Source: an uncultured Fimbriimonadales bacterium
Lineage (GTDB): Bacteria > Armatimonadota > Fimbriimonadia > Fimbriimonadales > GBS-DC
Reading direction: 5' to 3'
DNA length: 64,000 nt
Assembly (NCBI GenBank): GCA_937992175.1
Contig: CALKLF010000030.1
Coordinates: 1,367-65,366 of the forward strand
The notes under the pieces were generated by a model that worked only from the letters and a program-made list of their open reading frames with translations, was not told where the DNA came from and made no database searches. Below, one piece after another: positions 6,859 through 16,982 of the stretch (within the stretch, counting starts at the first letter, position 1; each line of letters opens with the position of its first letter). Both the position numbers and the translations under genes were made by a program.

Positions 6859-8418
6859 ATGCATAAAGGGTACTATCGCTTTCCGACGATTTGCGGCGAC
6901 ACGGTCGCGTTTGTGTGCGAGGACGACCTGTGGACGGTTTCAGTGGAAGGAGGGATTGCGCGGCGGCTGACCACGAGCCTGAGCGCGGTGATAACCCCCC
7001 GCTACTCGCCTGACGGGCAGTGGATTGCGTTCGTGGCGCGGGATGAGGGACATCCTGAAGTGTATGTGATGACCGCCGACGGGGGCGAGCCACGCCGCCT
7101 GACCTATCAGGGCGCGGCGCGTGTGGAAGTTGTCGGCTGGACGCCCGACGGCAGCGCAGTCATCTACAACAGCACAGCAGGACGCCCCCCACGCGAGGTC
7201 GTACTGTGGCGCGTCGCCTTAGAAGGCGGATTACCTGTGCAGTACCCTTACGGCTTGGCGAACCATATCAGCTTCGGAGCCGACGGCGCGGTGATTTTAG
7301 GCAGGCACACAGGCGATCCCGCCCGCTGGAAACGCTATCGCGGCGGCACCGCAGGCGTGTTCTGGATTGATCGCGAGGGCAACGGCGAGTTCACACGCTT
7401 CAAACCCACCAACGGCGACCTGACCGCTCCGATGTGGATTGGCGAGCGCGTCTACTTTGTGTCTGATCACGAGGGGATTGCGAACATCTACTCCTGCCTG
7501 CCCGACGGAAGCGATCTGCAACGCCACACCCACCACGAGGAGTATTATGTGCGCTACCCCAGCACCGACGGCAGGCGGATTGTGTATCATGCGGGCGCAG
7601 ACCTCTATGTGCTGGACATCGCGACGGGCGAGAGCCGCCTCATCCCTGTCGAGTTGCGCAGCCCGCGCATGCAGGCGCAACGCAAGTTCGTGGACACGGC
7701 AAAATACCTGCAGGAGTACACCCTGCATCCCGAAGGGCACTCGCTGCTGCTGACCGTGCGCGGCAAGCCGTTCGTGATGGGCAACTGGGAAGGCGCGGTG
7801 ATCCAGCACGGCGAGCCGCAGGGCGTGCGCTACCGCCTGAGTCGGTTCCTGAATGACGGCAAACGGCTGATAACCGTCTCCGACGAGAGCGGCGAACCCC
7901 GACTTGAGCTGCACACCCCCGACGGCATTACCCGCTACGAGGAGCTCGATATCGGGCATCCCTATCGGCTGGAGGTGTGTCCCACCGCCGACTGCATCGC
8001 GCTGAGCAATCATCGGTTCGAGCTGCACATTTTTGACATCGAGAAGCGGGAGCTGAAACTGGTGGAGCGCAGCGAGTATGCGATGATCGAGGGCTTCGCG
8101 TGGTCGCCCTGTGGACGCTGGCTGGCGTACAGCTTCGCCCCGAACGAGCGCACGCACATCATCAAGATTTACGATTCGGAAACGGGCGCGATTCACCCCG
8201 TCACGCAGCCTGAGTTCCGTGATGTGCAGCCCGCGTGGGATGCTGACGGCGAGATGCTCTACTTTATCTCGCTGCGCGACTACGACCCTGTGCCCGACAG
8301 CCTGCAGTTCGAGATGGCGTTTCCGATGGGCATGCGCGTGATGGCGGTGGTGCTGCGCAAGGATATTCCCAATCCGCTGTTGCCGCAGCCCCGACCGTTT
8401 GAGGAGAAGACGGTATAG
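6859..8418 (+). CDS. tricorn protease homologue, N-terminal beta-propeller portion only (about 519 aa)
   Basis: MHKGYYRFPTICGDTVAFVCEDDLWTVSVEGG...YSPDGQWIAF matches tricorn/TolB-like propeller N-termini. The ORF stops at 8418 with no PDZ or catalytic region. TATAAT at 6843-6848 lies 10 nt upstream of the ATG. Confidence 0.65.
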   Translation: MHKGYYRFPTICGDTVAFVCEDDLWTVSVEGGIARRLTTSLSAVITPRYSPDGQWIAFVARDEGHPEVYVMTADGGEPRRLTYQGAARVEVVGWTPDGSAVIYNSTAGRPPREVVLWRVALEGGLPVQYPYGLANHISFGADGAVILGRHTGDPARWKRYRGGTAGVFWIDREGNGEFTRFKPTNGDLTAPMWIGERVYFVSDHEGIANIYSCLPDGSDLQRHTHHEEYYVRYPSTDGRRIVYHAGADLYVLDIATGESRLIPVELRSPRMQAQRKFVDTAKYLQEYTLHPEGHSLLLTVRGKPFVMGNWEGAVIQHGEPQGVRYRLSRFLNDGKRLITVSDESGEPRLELHTPDGITRYEELDIGHPYRLEVCPTADCIALSNHRFELHIFDIEKRELKLVERSEYAMIEGFAWSPCGRWLAYSFAPNERTHIIKIYDSETGAIHPVTQPEFRDVQPAWDADGEMLYFISLRDYDPVPDSLQFEMAFPMGMRVMAVVLRKDIPNPLLPQPRPFEEKTV

Positions 8419-8454
8419 GCGCGCCTCTGGAACGAGGTATACTGACGCTGTTGC

Positions 8455-9180
8455 GTGATGGTTTCCTTCGATTTCACGGGCAAGATAGTGCTGATAACAG
8501 GGGCGACGGGCGCGCTGGGGCGCACGGTCGCCCGTCAGTTCCATCAGGCGGGGGCGACGCTTGCTCTGTGCGCTCGCGACACGGCGTTGCTGAGCCAGCT
8601 GTTCGCTGATCTCGCGCTGGATCCGCAACATCTGCTCATCGACGGGATTGACCTGCGCCAGCCTGATGACTGCGACCGCCTCGCCCGTGCAGTCGAGGGT
8701 CGCTTCGGTCGGCTCGACGCGCTGGTGAACACGGTCGGCGGCTTCACGGCGGGGCCGCCCGTGCATGAAACGCCCCTCGAAGACTGGGTGTCGATGCTCG
8801 ATATGAACCTGCGCACGGCGTTTTTGGTCTCGCGAGCGATAGCCCCAATCCTGATTCGTTCGGGCGGCGGCGCGATTGTGCATGTATCGGGTCGGGCGGG
8901 CTTGGCAGGTTTCGGCGGCGGCGCGGGCTACTGCGCGGCGAAAGCGGGCGTGATTCGGCTCACCGAGTCGCTCTCAGCGGAACTCAAGGAGTACGGGATC
9001 AATGTGAACTGCCTGCTGCCGGGCACAATCGACACGCCATCTAATCGCGCGGCGCGCCCCGACGCTGACTTCAGCCGCTGGGTGGCGCCGGATGCGTTGG
9101 GTGAGGTGATGATGTTCCTATGCTCGCCTGCCGCACGAGCGATTCACGGGGCGGCGATTCCAGTGTACGGGTTAGGATAA
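8455..9180 (+). CDS. SDR-family oxidoreductase
   Basis: TGATGALG (TGxxxGxG) and YCAAKAG (YxxxK) motifs. The start is GTG 8455 or ATG 8458. TATACT at 8438-8443. Confidence 0.88.
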   Translation: MMVSFDFTGKIVLITGATGALGRTVARQFHQAGATLALCARDTALLSQLFADLALDPQHLLIDGIDLRQPDDCDRLARAVEGRFGRLDALVNTVGGFTAGPPVHETPLEDWVSMLDMNLRTAFLVSRAIAPILIRSGGGAIVHVSGRAGLAGFGGGAGYCAAKAGVIRLTESLSAELKEYGINVNCLLPGTIDTPSNRAARPDADFSRWVAPDALGEVMMFLCSPAARAIHGAAIPVYGLG

Positions 9181-9246
9181 TCAGTCCCCTAAAGGTTGAG
9201 CTGCCTGTGAAGTAGGTATACTTCTTGTGTTTCGGGAGAGCCTCGC

Positions 9247-11292
9247 GTGTGGGCGTTCAGGGCGGTTGGGCTGTTTTATCTAGGCGGCGTGTTCTGGCAG
9301 CGTGTGCTTTCAGAGGCGGCGTGGGCAGGGTTGGGCGTGTTGACACTGGGCGCGCTGCTCGCTACCCTGCTTGAGCGTCGCAAGCAATCTCTCGATTCAA
9401 CCCTCTTCGGGCTGATTGCAGACAACGCGCTGCTCGGCGCGATTCTCTGGTCGTTGCCAGGCGCGGCGTGGGCATACTGGCTGCTGCTCGTGCCCCTGTT
9501 CCATGCGCTGCTCCGCTCTGGGACGGCGGGCGCACTGCTGGGAGGTGTTGTCGGCGCAGGGGCGGTTTACGCCGCGTCGTTTTTCACGACAGGGGAGCCG
9601 ATCCCCGCTGACCTGCTGAGCCAGATCTGGAGTGCAGGCGTGTTGGGGTTGGGCGTGGCGCTGGGCTGGGCGTGGCGACGACGCGTTCAGTCAGAGCAGG
9701 ACGCGCTGCTGCAGCAGGCGGAGCAGGCGGTCTCCGAGAGCGAAGCCGCCGAGCGTCGTATCCGAGAGAGCTATCGCGAACTAGCGCACCATTACCACCG
9801 ACTGGAAGCGCACCTGACGACGCTGCAGGATGCGGCGGAACTGCTCCACGCCCTGCAGCAAGCCCGCGACCCGAACGCGCTCTACCAGACGATTCTGGAG
9901 CGCCTGCGCGCGCGGTTCGGCGCGTCGGGCGCAGCGCTCTACCTGACTGACGAGACGGGCGCGCTGCGGCGCGTCGCCTGCGCGATTGGCTCGCTCGCGC
10001 CGCTGACCCACTCGGCTTCGCTGACCCCTGTGCGCCCGTTCCAGAAAAAGCCGCCGCCTCAGCAAGTCGCCGACCAGTTGCGCGCGGAGACGCTCCGCTG
10101 CGAGCAGCTCGTGGAGGCGCACGGCGCATCCTCTGAACGCGCCGACGCAATGGTACAGCCGTTGCTTTGTGAGGGGCGCATCGTAGGCGCGGTCGCGCTC
10201 ACCACCCACGCCGAAGGGGGCTTTTCGCCCGAGACCCGCGCCCGCCTGCGTGAGCTGACGCCTTACTTGGCAGGTTTGCTGTCGCTCTCGGAGCAGCTGC
10301 GCCTGATGGGTGTGCGCCTCGCCGAAACCCAACTGCTGTATGATATGGAGAACCTCTTGTTCTCCACCGACAGCGCGCAGTCGCTTGCTCAGCACGCGCT
10401 GAACCTCATCAAGACGCTCCTGCCCTATGACCATGCGCAGCTGCTGCTCAAACGCGGCGAGCAACTTGACATTGCGGCACAGGTGGGCGCGCCCCCTGAC
10501 CTGCGGACAGCGTTGACCGCGCTGACAGAGGATGGATCGGAACTCGTCTCGCAGCGCGGGCAGATTGTCGACGCCTCGCACGAGCGAGCCGCGCTGTTCG
10601 CTCCCCTCAAAAGCCTCGCCGTCGCGCCCCTGCGCGGGGGCGTCCGCACGCAGGGCGTCGTCGCGCTCGGACGCACCGAACTGCCCCCCTTCAACGAACT
10701 CGATCTCGAACTGCTCCAGACGCTCGCGTTCCAGCTGACCAGCGTGCTGGAGCGGGCGCAGCTGCTGAGCGACCTCGAACGACTCGCCACCACCGATGGA
10801 CTGACGGGGCTGTATAACTACCGCCACTTCCAGGAACGCTATCGCGAGGAGGTGAACCTCTGCCGCCGCTATCAGCACCCGCTGGCGGTGATGCTCATCG
10901 ACCTCGACGGCTTCAAGCAGGTGAACGACGAGTACGGACACTTAGAGGGCGACTATCTGCTGGTGCAGCTGGCGGAGACGCTGCAGCACGCGCTGCGCAA
11001 CACGGAGTTCATCGCTCGCTACGGTGGGGACGAGTTTGTGGTGCTGATGCCCTCCACGAATCTGCAGGGCGGGGTCGCTGCCGCGCGGCGTTTGGCGCGG
11101 GCAGTGCGCAATGCGACCTTCCTCGACACGACGGGCAACCCGCGCCTCAAAATCTCGGTCAGTATCGGCGTCGCCGCGTACCCCAACAGCACGGACGACC
11201 CCGCGCAGCTCCTAGAAAAAGCCGACGAAGCGCTCGAATGCGCCAAACGCAGCGGTAGGAATCAGGTGGTCGCCCACGAAAATATCGCATAA
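9247..11292 (+). CDS. membrane-anchored GAF-domain diguanylate cyclase (GGDEF)
   Basis: C-terminal DGLTGLYNYRHF...LIDLDGFKQVNDEYGHLEGD...RYGGDEFVVLM (GGDEF). Hydrophobic N-terminus. GTG start. Confidence 0.88.
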   Translation: MWAFRAVGLFYLGGVFWQRVLSEAAWAGLGVLTLGALLATLLERRKQSLDSTLFGLIADNALLGAILWSLPGAAWAYWLLLVPLFHALLRSGTAGALLGGVVGAGAVYAASFFTTGEPIPADLLSQIWSAGVLGLGVALGWAWRRRVQSEQDALLQQAEQAVSESEAAERRIRESYRELAHHYHRLEAHLTTLQDAAELLHALQQARDPNALYQTILERLRARFGASGAALYLTDETGALRRVACAIGSLAPLTHSASLTPVRPFQKKPPPQQVADQLRAETLRCEQLVEAHGASSERADAMVQPLLCEGRIVGAVALTTHAEGGFSPETRARLRELTPYLAGLLSLSEQLRLMGVRLAETQLLYDMENLLFSTDSAQSLAQHALNLIKTLLPYDHAQLLLKRGEQLDIAAQVGAPPDLRTALTALTEDGSELVSQRGQIVDASHERAALFAPLKSLAVAPLRGGVRTQGVVALGRTELPPFNELDLELLQTLAFQLTSVLERAQLLSDLERLATTDGLTGLYNYRHFQERYREEVNLCRRYQHPLAVMLIDLDGFKQVNDEYGHLEGDYLLVQLAETLQHALRNTEFIARYGGDEFVVLMPSTNLQGGVAAARRLARAVRNATFLDTTGNPRLKISVSIGVAAYPNSTDDPAQLLEKADEALECAKRSGRNQVVAHENIA

Positions 11293-11361
11293 ATACTGAC
11301 GACGCCCGCCGCCTGCGTAGGTTATAATAGAGCAGTGTGATAGGCGAAAGTGGAGAGCGTG

Positions 11362-12117
11362 ATGAAACCCACAACCCTGCAACAGGTTGAGGAATATGTG
11401 CGGCGCGGACGACTGAAGCAAGCCGCGCGCGTATTGCAACGCGCGGTACAGGCTGGCGACGCCCCTCTGGAATACTACCTGCGCCTCGCCGAAGTCTATC
11501 GCCTGCAGGAGAACTGGCGCGGCGCAATCGAGGTGATGCGCGCCGCTTTGCAGTCCAATCCCGACGCCGCCCCCGTGCGTGAACGACTGGTGGAACTGCT
11601 CATTGAAAGCGGGCATCTAATGGAAGCGGTCTCCGAATGTCAGCGCTGGCTCCAAGAAACCCCTGACCACCCTATCCCGCTGGAGCATATGCTCGACGCT
11701 TACTGGCAATCAATGGACTACGAGCATGCCCTGCAGGTCGCTAATCAGTTGGTAAAGTTGCAGCCGCAGTCGGCGCATTATCGCCTGCGCCGCGCGCGCC
11801 TGCTGGACAATCTCGGATGCCACGCGCAGGCGGTCAGCGACTACGAACACCTCGCGTTCGATGTCTCCGCCCCGCTGGAGATTATCGTGTGGGCGATTAT
11901 CGAGCTGGAACGCCTGGACAAAGTGCAGATGGAGATGCTGATGCACCTGCTGACGGAGGACGCCGTGTTTCGCATCAAGTTCCTGCGCGACCCGATTGGC
12001 GCAGCGCGCGAGCGCGGCTTCGCCTTCAGTCGCGTGGGCGAGCAGATGCTGGAGTATCTCCTCGACGCGCTGAACGAGTTGCCCCGACCGCCCCACCGCT
12101 ATGCCGACTACAACTGA
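11362..12117 (+). CDS. TPR-repeat protein
   Basis: Helical repeat sequence with TPR-like periodicity. ATG at 11362 (GTG 11350 is an alternative start). TATAAT at 11323-11328. Confidence 0.6.
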   Translation: MKPTTLQQVEEYVRRGRLKQAARVLQRAVQAGDAPLEYYLRLAEVYRLQENWRGAIEVMRAALQSNPDAAPVRERLVELLIESGHLMEAVSECQRWLQETPDHPIPLEHMLDAYWQSMDYEHALQVANQLVKLQPQSAHYRLRRARLLDNLGCHAQAVSDYEHLAFDVSAPLEIIVWAIIELERLDKVQMEMLMHLLTEDAVFRIKFLRDPIGAARERGFAFSRVGEQMLEYLLDALNELPRPPHRYADYN

Positions 12118-12970
12118 ACGCCTGCGCCCGTTGCACGAAGCGATTGGTCAGCGCACGCTGGTGATGGGCGTGCTAAATGCCACGCCCGACAGCTTCTACG
12201 ACGGCGGACGCTACGCGACGCTGGACGCCGCGCTCGCCCGCGTCGAGCAGATGCTTGCCGAAGGCGCGGACATCCTCGACATCGGCGGCGAATCGACCCG
12301 CCCCGGCGCCGAACCCGTGCCCGAAGCGGAAGAGATACGGCGCGTGGTTCCCCTCATCGAAGCCCTCGCGGCGCGCTATCCCGAAGCGGTGATTTCGGTG
12401 GACACCACCAAGAGCCGCGTGGCGCACCTCGCGTTGCAGGCGGGCGCGTCCATCGTAAACGACATCAGCGGCGCGACCTTCGACCCGCGCATGCTAGAGG
12501 TGGTTGCCCAAACAGGCGCGCTGATTGTGCTGATGCACATCAAAGGCACGCCGCAAACCATGCAGCAGAACCCCACCTATGACGATGTGGTTGCAGAGGT
12601 GAAGGAGACCCTTTACGTCCATGTCCGACGCGCCCTGCAGGCAGGAATCCCGTTCCAGCATATCTGGTTGGACCCGGGCATCGGCTTCGGCAAGACGGTG
12701 CAGCATAATCTGGAGTTGCTGCGCGGGCTGCCTGAACTCGCCACGCTCGGCTTCCCGATTCTGGTGGGCACTTCGCGCAAGTCGTTTATCGGACACCTTC
12801 TGGGCGTGCTGCCCCCCGAAGAGCGTCTGGAGGGTACGCTCGCCACGCTCGCGCTCGCCGTCGCCTGGGGCGCGGACATCGTGCGCGTGCATGATGTGAA
12901 GGAGGCAGTTCGGGCAGTGAAGGTGGCAGATGCGCTCTGCCGGAGTTCAGGTATACTCCAACTGGGATGA
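12101..12970 (+). CDS. folP: dihydropteroate synthase
   Basis: VMGVLNATPDSFYDGGRY and DIGGESTRPG motifs. Confidence 0.92.
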   Translation: MPTTTERLRPLHEAIGQRTLVMGVLNATPDSFYDGGRYATLDAALARVEQMLAEGADILDIGGESTRPGAEPVPEAEEIRRVVPLIEALAARYPEAVISVDTTKSRVAHLALQAGASIVNDISGATFDPRMLEVVAQTGALIVLMHIKGTPQTMQQNPTYDDVVAEVKETLYVHVRRALQAGIPFQHIWLDPGIGFGKTVQHNLELLRGLPELATLGFPILVGTSRKSFIGHLLGVLPPEERLEGTLATLALAVAWGADIVRVHDVKEAVRAVKVADALCRSSGILQLG

Positions 12971-13209
12971 AGTCAGATCCGACTCTGATTGTGCAAATCC
13001 GCGCTCTGGAAATGCAACTAAGGGCTATACAGGCGCGGATAGCGGCTCAAAGTGATGTCGCGGAGGAGCTAATGCCGAGTATTCGCTCGTTCGCCGACCT
13101 CTACGGAATTCTACAAGTCGAACCTTGCTTCACGGAGGAAGAGATTCGCGCTGCTGAAATCAGTTGGGAGTGGGAGGACGAAGAAGTAAGCAATCACCTA
13201 CATCCCTGA
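12967..13209 (+). CDS. small antitoxin-like protein (80 aa)
   Basis: ATGA overlap with the folP stop. Its own TATACT at 12952-12957 lies 9 nt upstream of the ATG. Immediately followed by a PIN-toxin N-terminal remnant. Lower GC than its neighbours. Confidence 0.55.
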   Translation: MKSDPTLIVQIRALEMQLRAIQARIAAQSDVAEELMPSIRSFADLYGILQVEPCFTEEEIRAAEISWEWEDEEVSNHLHP

Positions 13210-13294
13210 TACCCATGCCTTAGTGTGGTTTCTAACAGGAGACGCTCAGTTGTCTCAGCAGGCGGCTCAAGCCTTATCTGATACAGGTCTCTGA
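13190..13294 (+). pseudogene. VapC/PIN-domain toxin remnant (N-terminal ~33 codons only)
   Basis: The frame starting after TAA 13187-13189 reads AITYIPDTHALVWFLTGDAQLSQQAAQALSDTGL*. This is the characteristic (L)LDTHALLWFL..D..LS N-terminus of PIN toxins. There is no ATG, and the stop at 13292-13294 lies 10 nt before pyrC. Confidence 0.6.
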
Positions 13295-13304
13295 TAGCGA
13301 CATA

Positions 13305-14591
13305 ATGAATGCCTACTTGCTCAAAAACGGTCGCATCCTCGACCCCGCGCAGCGCTTGGATATGCGCGGCGATTTGCGCATGCGCGAGGGGCGAATCGCC
13401 GAAATCGCGCCCACACTGACGCCTGAAGTGGGCGAAACCGTCGTCGACTGCACCGATTGCTGGATTGCGCCGGGCTTGGTCGATATCCATGTGCATCTGC
13501 GTGAGCCGGGGCAGAGTTATAAAGAGACCCTGCAGACAGGGGGTGCGGCGGCGGTGGCAGGGGGCTTCACGAGCGTCTGCTGCATGCCGAACACCGACCC
13601 GCCGTTAGACAGCTCGACGCTCGTGCGCGAGATTCAGGAGCGCGCCCGACGCGAATCGCCCTGCAAGGTCTATGTAGTCGCTGCGCTCACGCAAGGTATG
13701 CGCGGCGAGGTTCCCTGTGACTATCACGCGCTGAAGCAAGCCGGGGCGATCGCCTGCTCCGATGACGCTTTCCCCGTGCAGTCCGCTGAAGTGATGCGTC
13801 GGGCAATGCTGGGTTGCGCGGCGTACGACCTGCCTGTCGTGACACACTGCGAGGATAAAACGCTCAGCGAGGGCGCGAGTATGCATGCGGGGGCGGTGAG
13901 CGCGCGTTTAGGGCTGAAGGGCGCGCCCAGCTCGGCGGAAACCGTACAGATTGCTCGCAACGCGCTGCTCGCTCAAGAGACGGGCTGCCACTTGCACATC
14001 CAGCATCTCTCGACGGCGATGGGCATGGAGCTGATCCGCTTCTTCAAGGCGCAGGGTGTGCGCGTCTCTACGGAAGTCTCGCCCCACCATCTGCTGCTGA
14101 TCGACGCGGCGTGCGCCGATTTCGATACCGACGCGAAGATGAACCCGCCGTTGCGCTCGGAAGCCGACCGCGCCGCGCTGACGCAGGGCGTGCTGCAGGG
14201 CGTCATCGACTGCATCGCTACCGACCACGCCCCCCATGCGCCATTTGAGAAAGCGCAGCCGTTCCCCGCCGCGCCGTTCGGCATTCTGGGGCTGGAGACC
14301 GCGCTGGGCTGTGTGTTGCTGTGGAACAGCCAGCTGCCAGACCCGCTGGAGCCGTTGCAGATTGTGAACTTACTGAGTACCGCCCCCGCCCGCCTGATGG
14401 GGCTACCTGCGGGGATGCTTCAGGTGGGCGCGCCCGCCGATGTGGTTGTAATCGCCCCGAACCTGAGCTGGCGCGTGAACCCCGCCGAACTGCGCTCCCG
14501 CAGTCGGAACACGCCGTTCAAAGGATGGGAATTAATCGGCAGGGCGCGCTACACTTTTGTGGACGGCGCGCTGATGCACTCGACAGACTAA
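13305..14591 (+). CDS. pyrC: dihydroorotase
   Basis: [11 protein letters not shown]...CMPNTDPP and DHAPH motifs. Confidence 0.92.
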   Translation: MNAYLLKNGRILDPAQRLDMRGDLRMREGRIAEIAPTLTPEVGETVVDCTDCWIAPGLVDIHVHLREPGQSYKETLQTGGAAAVAGGFTSVCCMPNTDPPLDSSTLVREIQERARRESPCKVYVVAALTQGMRGEVPCDYHALKQAGAIACSDDAFPVQSAEVMRRAMLGCAAYDLPVVTHCEDKTLSEGASMHAGAVSARLGLKGAPSSAETVQIARNALLAQETGCHLHIQHLSTAMGMELIRFFKAQGVRVSTEVSPHHLLLIDAACADFDTDAKMNPPLRSEADRAALTQGVLQGVIDCIATDHAPHAPFEKAQPFPAAPFGILGLETALGCVLLWNSQLPDPLEPLQIVNLLSTAPARLMGLPAGMLQVGAPADVVVIAPNLSWRVNPAELRSRSRNTPFKGWELIGRARYTFVDGALMHSTD

Positions 14592-14689
14592 GCAACTCCT
14601 TTCTGGACGCCGTTCTCGGCAATCTTCATTTTGGACACACCCGCGCGATTTTTCACGCGCCAGAGCGTATAATATTAGCGGAGGCTTCG

Positions 14690-15829
14690 ATGACAATCCA
14701 TCGCCTGATGTACTGGCTGTTCCTCGCGGTTGGGATGGTGTTGTTTGCGACCGTGGGCTTTCTACTTGCTGATCCATTTCTCAAGGCGGTGAACAGCTGG
14801 TTTTCCGAAAGCCCGCCGATTTCGCCTTTGTGGACTCGCGTCGGTCTGACGACGGCGGGATTACTGATGGGCATTCTGGTCGCCAATCACAGTTTTCAGT
14901 TGCTTTCGCGTGTGGCGCGGCACTTAGAAGAAGCCGAACCTGACGAGAAACTGGCGATAGGGCTGGGGCTGGTCTCGGCGGCGGTGATTACTTTCGCGCT
15001 CTATCCTCTGCTGTTCGCAATCGGCGGCGCACGGCTGGGCTGGGCGCTTACGCTGCTTGCGTTTGTGATTCTGGTGTACCTAAGCATCGTGAGTTTCCTG
15101 AGCATGAAGGAATATCTGCCGCTCACGGCGCAGATGGCGCGCCGCTCAAAGGGCGTCAAGGTGCTGGATACGAGCGTGATTATCGACGGGCGCATTCGCG
15201 ACATCCTGCGCACAGGATTTCTGGAAGGCAAGCTCTATGTGCCCGGCTTCGTGCTGGACGAGTTGCAACATATCGCCGATTCGGAGGACCCACTGCGCCG
15301 TGCGCGAGGCAGACGCGGACTCGATGTGTTAAAGCAGTTGCAGGCAGACTTGGGCGAGAATTTAGAGGTGCGCGTCCATGACCGCCTCGCCCCGCATTCA
15401 GGCGATGAAGTGGACGCCCGCCTCGTGCGCCTCGCGAAAGCCATGCGAGCAGATATCGTCACCAACGACTACAACCTAAATCGGGTAGCGGAGCTGCAGG
15501 GGGTGCGCGTGCTGAACATCAACGAACTTGCGGAAGCCGTGCGCATCCATGTGTTGCCTGGCGAGGAGTTGACGGTCGTCCCCATCCGCGAGGGTCAGGA
15601 GCCAGAGCAGGGCATCGCCTACCTCGAAGACGGCACGATGGTGGTCGTGGAAGGCGGACGCGAGCATCTCCATCAGGCGATTGAGGTAGTAGTGACCAGC
15701 GTCTTGCAGTCGGCGCGGGGTAAGATGTTGTTCGCGGAGCCGAAGCTCGCCGACAGTCGAACCGAAGGAGGGATGGACTATTCTACACGCCCTTATTCTG
15801 GCGGCAGGAAGCGGCGTCCGATTCGGTAA
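14690..15829 (+). CDS. PIN/TRAM-domain membrane protein (YacL-like)
   Basis: N-terminal TM helices, then [13 protein letters not shown]...[15 protein letters not shown] (PIN) and a C-terminal TRAM-like segment ...[24 protein letters not shown] at 14668-14673 and GGAGG at 14680-14684. The conserved yacL-ispD synteny is present. Confidence 0.8.
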   Translation: MTIHRLMYWLFLAVGMVLFATVGFLLADPFLKAVNSWFSESPPISPLWTRVGLTTAGLLMGILVANHSFQLLSRVARHLEEAEPDEKLAIGLGLVSAAVITFALYPLLFAIGGARLGWALTLLAFVILVYLSIVSFLSMKEYLPLTAQMARRSKGVKVLDTSVIIDGRIRDILRTGFLEGKLYVPGFVLDELQHIADSEDPLRRARGRRGLDVLKQLQADLGENLEVRVHDRLAPHSGDEVDARLVRLAKAMRADIVTNDYNLNRVAELQGVRVLNINELAEAVRIHVLPGEELTVVPIREGQEPEQGIAYLEDGTMVVVEGGREHLHQAIEVVVTSVLQSARGKMLFAEPKLADSRTEGGMDYSTRPYSGGRKRRPIR

Positions 15830-16982
15830 GGGTGAGAAGCTCTGGCAATCGCTGAACGGCGCGCCCGTATGGCGCCACGCGCTCTGGGGACTATTGAGCC
15901 ACCCCGCAATCGATTCCGCATCCCTAGCCGTCGCGCCCGATGGGGTGGAGGCTTATGAAGCCTACTTGAGCCAGTATCCTCATTCCAAGCCGTTGCAAGT
16001 TCTACCTTGTGGCGGTGCGACACGCCAGCAGACCGTGGCGAACGCCCTGAGCCATTTGCCCGAAGGCGTGCAGTTCATCGCAGTGCATGATGCTGCGCGC
16101 CCGCTCGTAAACCACACGCTACTGGACAGGCTCATCGCGACGGCGCAACAATATGGAACTGCCGTGCCCGCGCTTCCCGTGCAAGATACGCTCAAGCGCT
16201 CGGCGGACGGCAGGCAGGTTTGGCAAACCATGCCGCGAGACAATCTCTATCGCGTGCAGACGCCCCAGATTTTTCGCGCCGATTGGCTCCTCAACGCGCA
16301 CCGACGCGCCGTGGAGGAGGGGTTCGAGGAGGCGACCGACGACGCGCAGCTGCTCGAACGCGCGGGCTACCCGGTTCATTTGACGGCAGGCGACCCGCGC
16401 AACATTAAGCTGACCACGCCTGAAGATCTGAGCCTGCTGCGTCTCTATGCGGGTGAGGGCGCGCTGACCCGCACAGGAATCGGGTATGATATACATCAGC
16501 TAACGGAAGGGCGGAAACTGATGCTGGGAGGCGTTGAAATCGACTACCCGCTCGGGTTGCAGGGGCACTCCGACGCCGATGTCGTGTTGCACGCGGTCTG
16601 CGACGCGCTGCTGGGCGCGGCGGTGTTAGGCGACATCGGACAGCACTTTCCCAACAGTGACCCGCGCTGGAAAGACACCGCCAGTCTGAGCCTCTTACAA
16701 CAAGTGGGCGCGCTGCTGCAGCGGCACGGCTGGCGACCGTTGCATATTGACGCGATGACCATCGCCGAAGCGCCTCCACTCGCACCCTTTATCCCCACGA
16801 TGCGTACCCAAATTGCCCAGACCCTAGGCATTCTGCCTGAACAGGTCAGCATCAAAGCGACGACCAACGAAGGGATGGATGCCGTCGGCGCACGGCGCGC
16901 CATCGCCTGCTATGCCGTCGCGACCATCTATCCTATTCCAGGAGAGGCGAACAATGAGCAAATCCCGACGCAAACAGGTTGA
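15780..16982 (+). CDS. ispDF: bifunctional IspD/IspF (MEP cytidylyltransferase / MECDP synthase); start codon uncertain (ATT 15780 proposed)
   Basis: [12 protein letters not shown] (IspD P-loop-like motif) at 15792-15827 is in frame but upstream of the first canonical start (TTG 15894). The C-terminal half has GIGYDIHQL...[11 protein letters not shown] (IspF). GGAGG at 15767-15771 lies 8 nt before ATT 15780. Confidence 0.8.
   Translation: MLHALILAAGSGVRFGKGEKLWQSLNGAPVWRHALWGLLSHPAIDSASLAVAPDGVEAYEAYLSQYPHSKPLQVLPCGGATRQQTVANALSHLPEGVQFIAVHDAARPLVNHTLLDRLIATAQQYGTAVPALPVQDTLKRSADGRQVWQTMPRDNLYRVQTPQIFRADWLLNAHRRAVEEGFEEATDDAQLLERAGYPVHLTAGDPRNIKLTTPEDLSLLRLYAGEGALTRTGIGYDIHQLTEGRKLMLGGVEIDYPLGLQGHSDADVVLHAVCDALLGAAVLGDIGQHFPNSDPRWKDTASLSLLQQVGALLQRHGWRPLHIDAMTIAEAPPLAPFIPTMRTQIAQTLGILPEQVSIKATTNEGMDAVGARRAIACYAVATIYPIPGEANNEQIPTQTG

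Noticed and set aside
7297-8883. Long antisense ORFs: 7297..8883 (528 aa), 9781..10941, 20505..21896, 21518..22855, 28510..29598, 41540..42523 and 25638..26219.
   Set aside because: Each lies opposite a gene with clear family motifs (tricorn-like, GGDEF, rodA, kinase, pilT, baeRF-like, tolC-like). Their products are Arg/Ala/Gly/His-rich low-complexity strings with no motifs. These are the expected stop-poor shadow frames of high-GC DNA.
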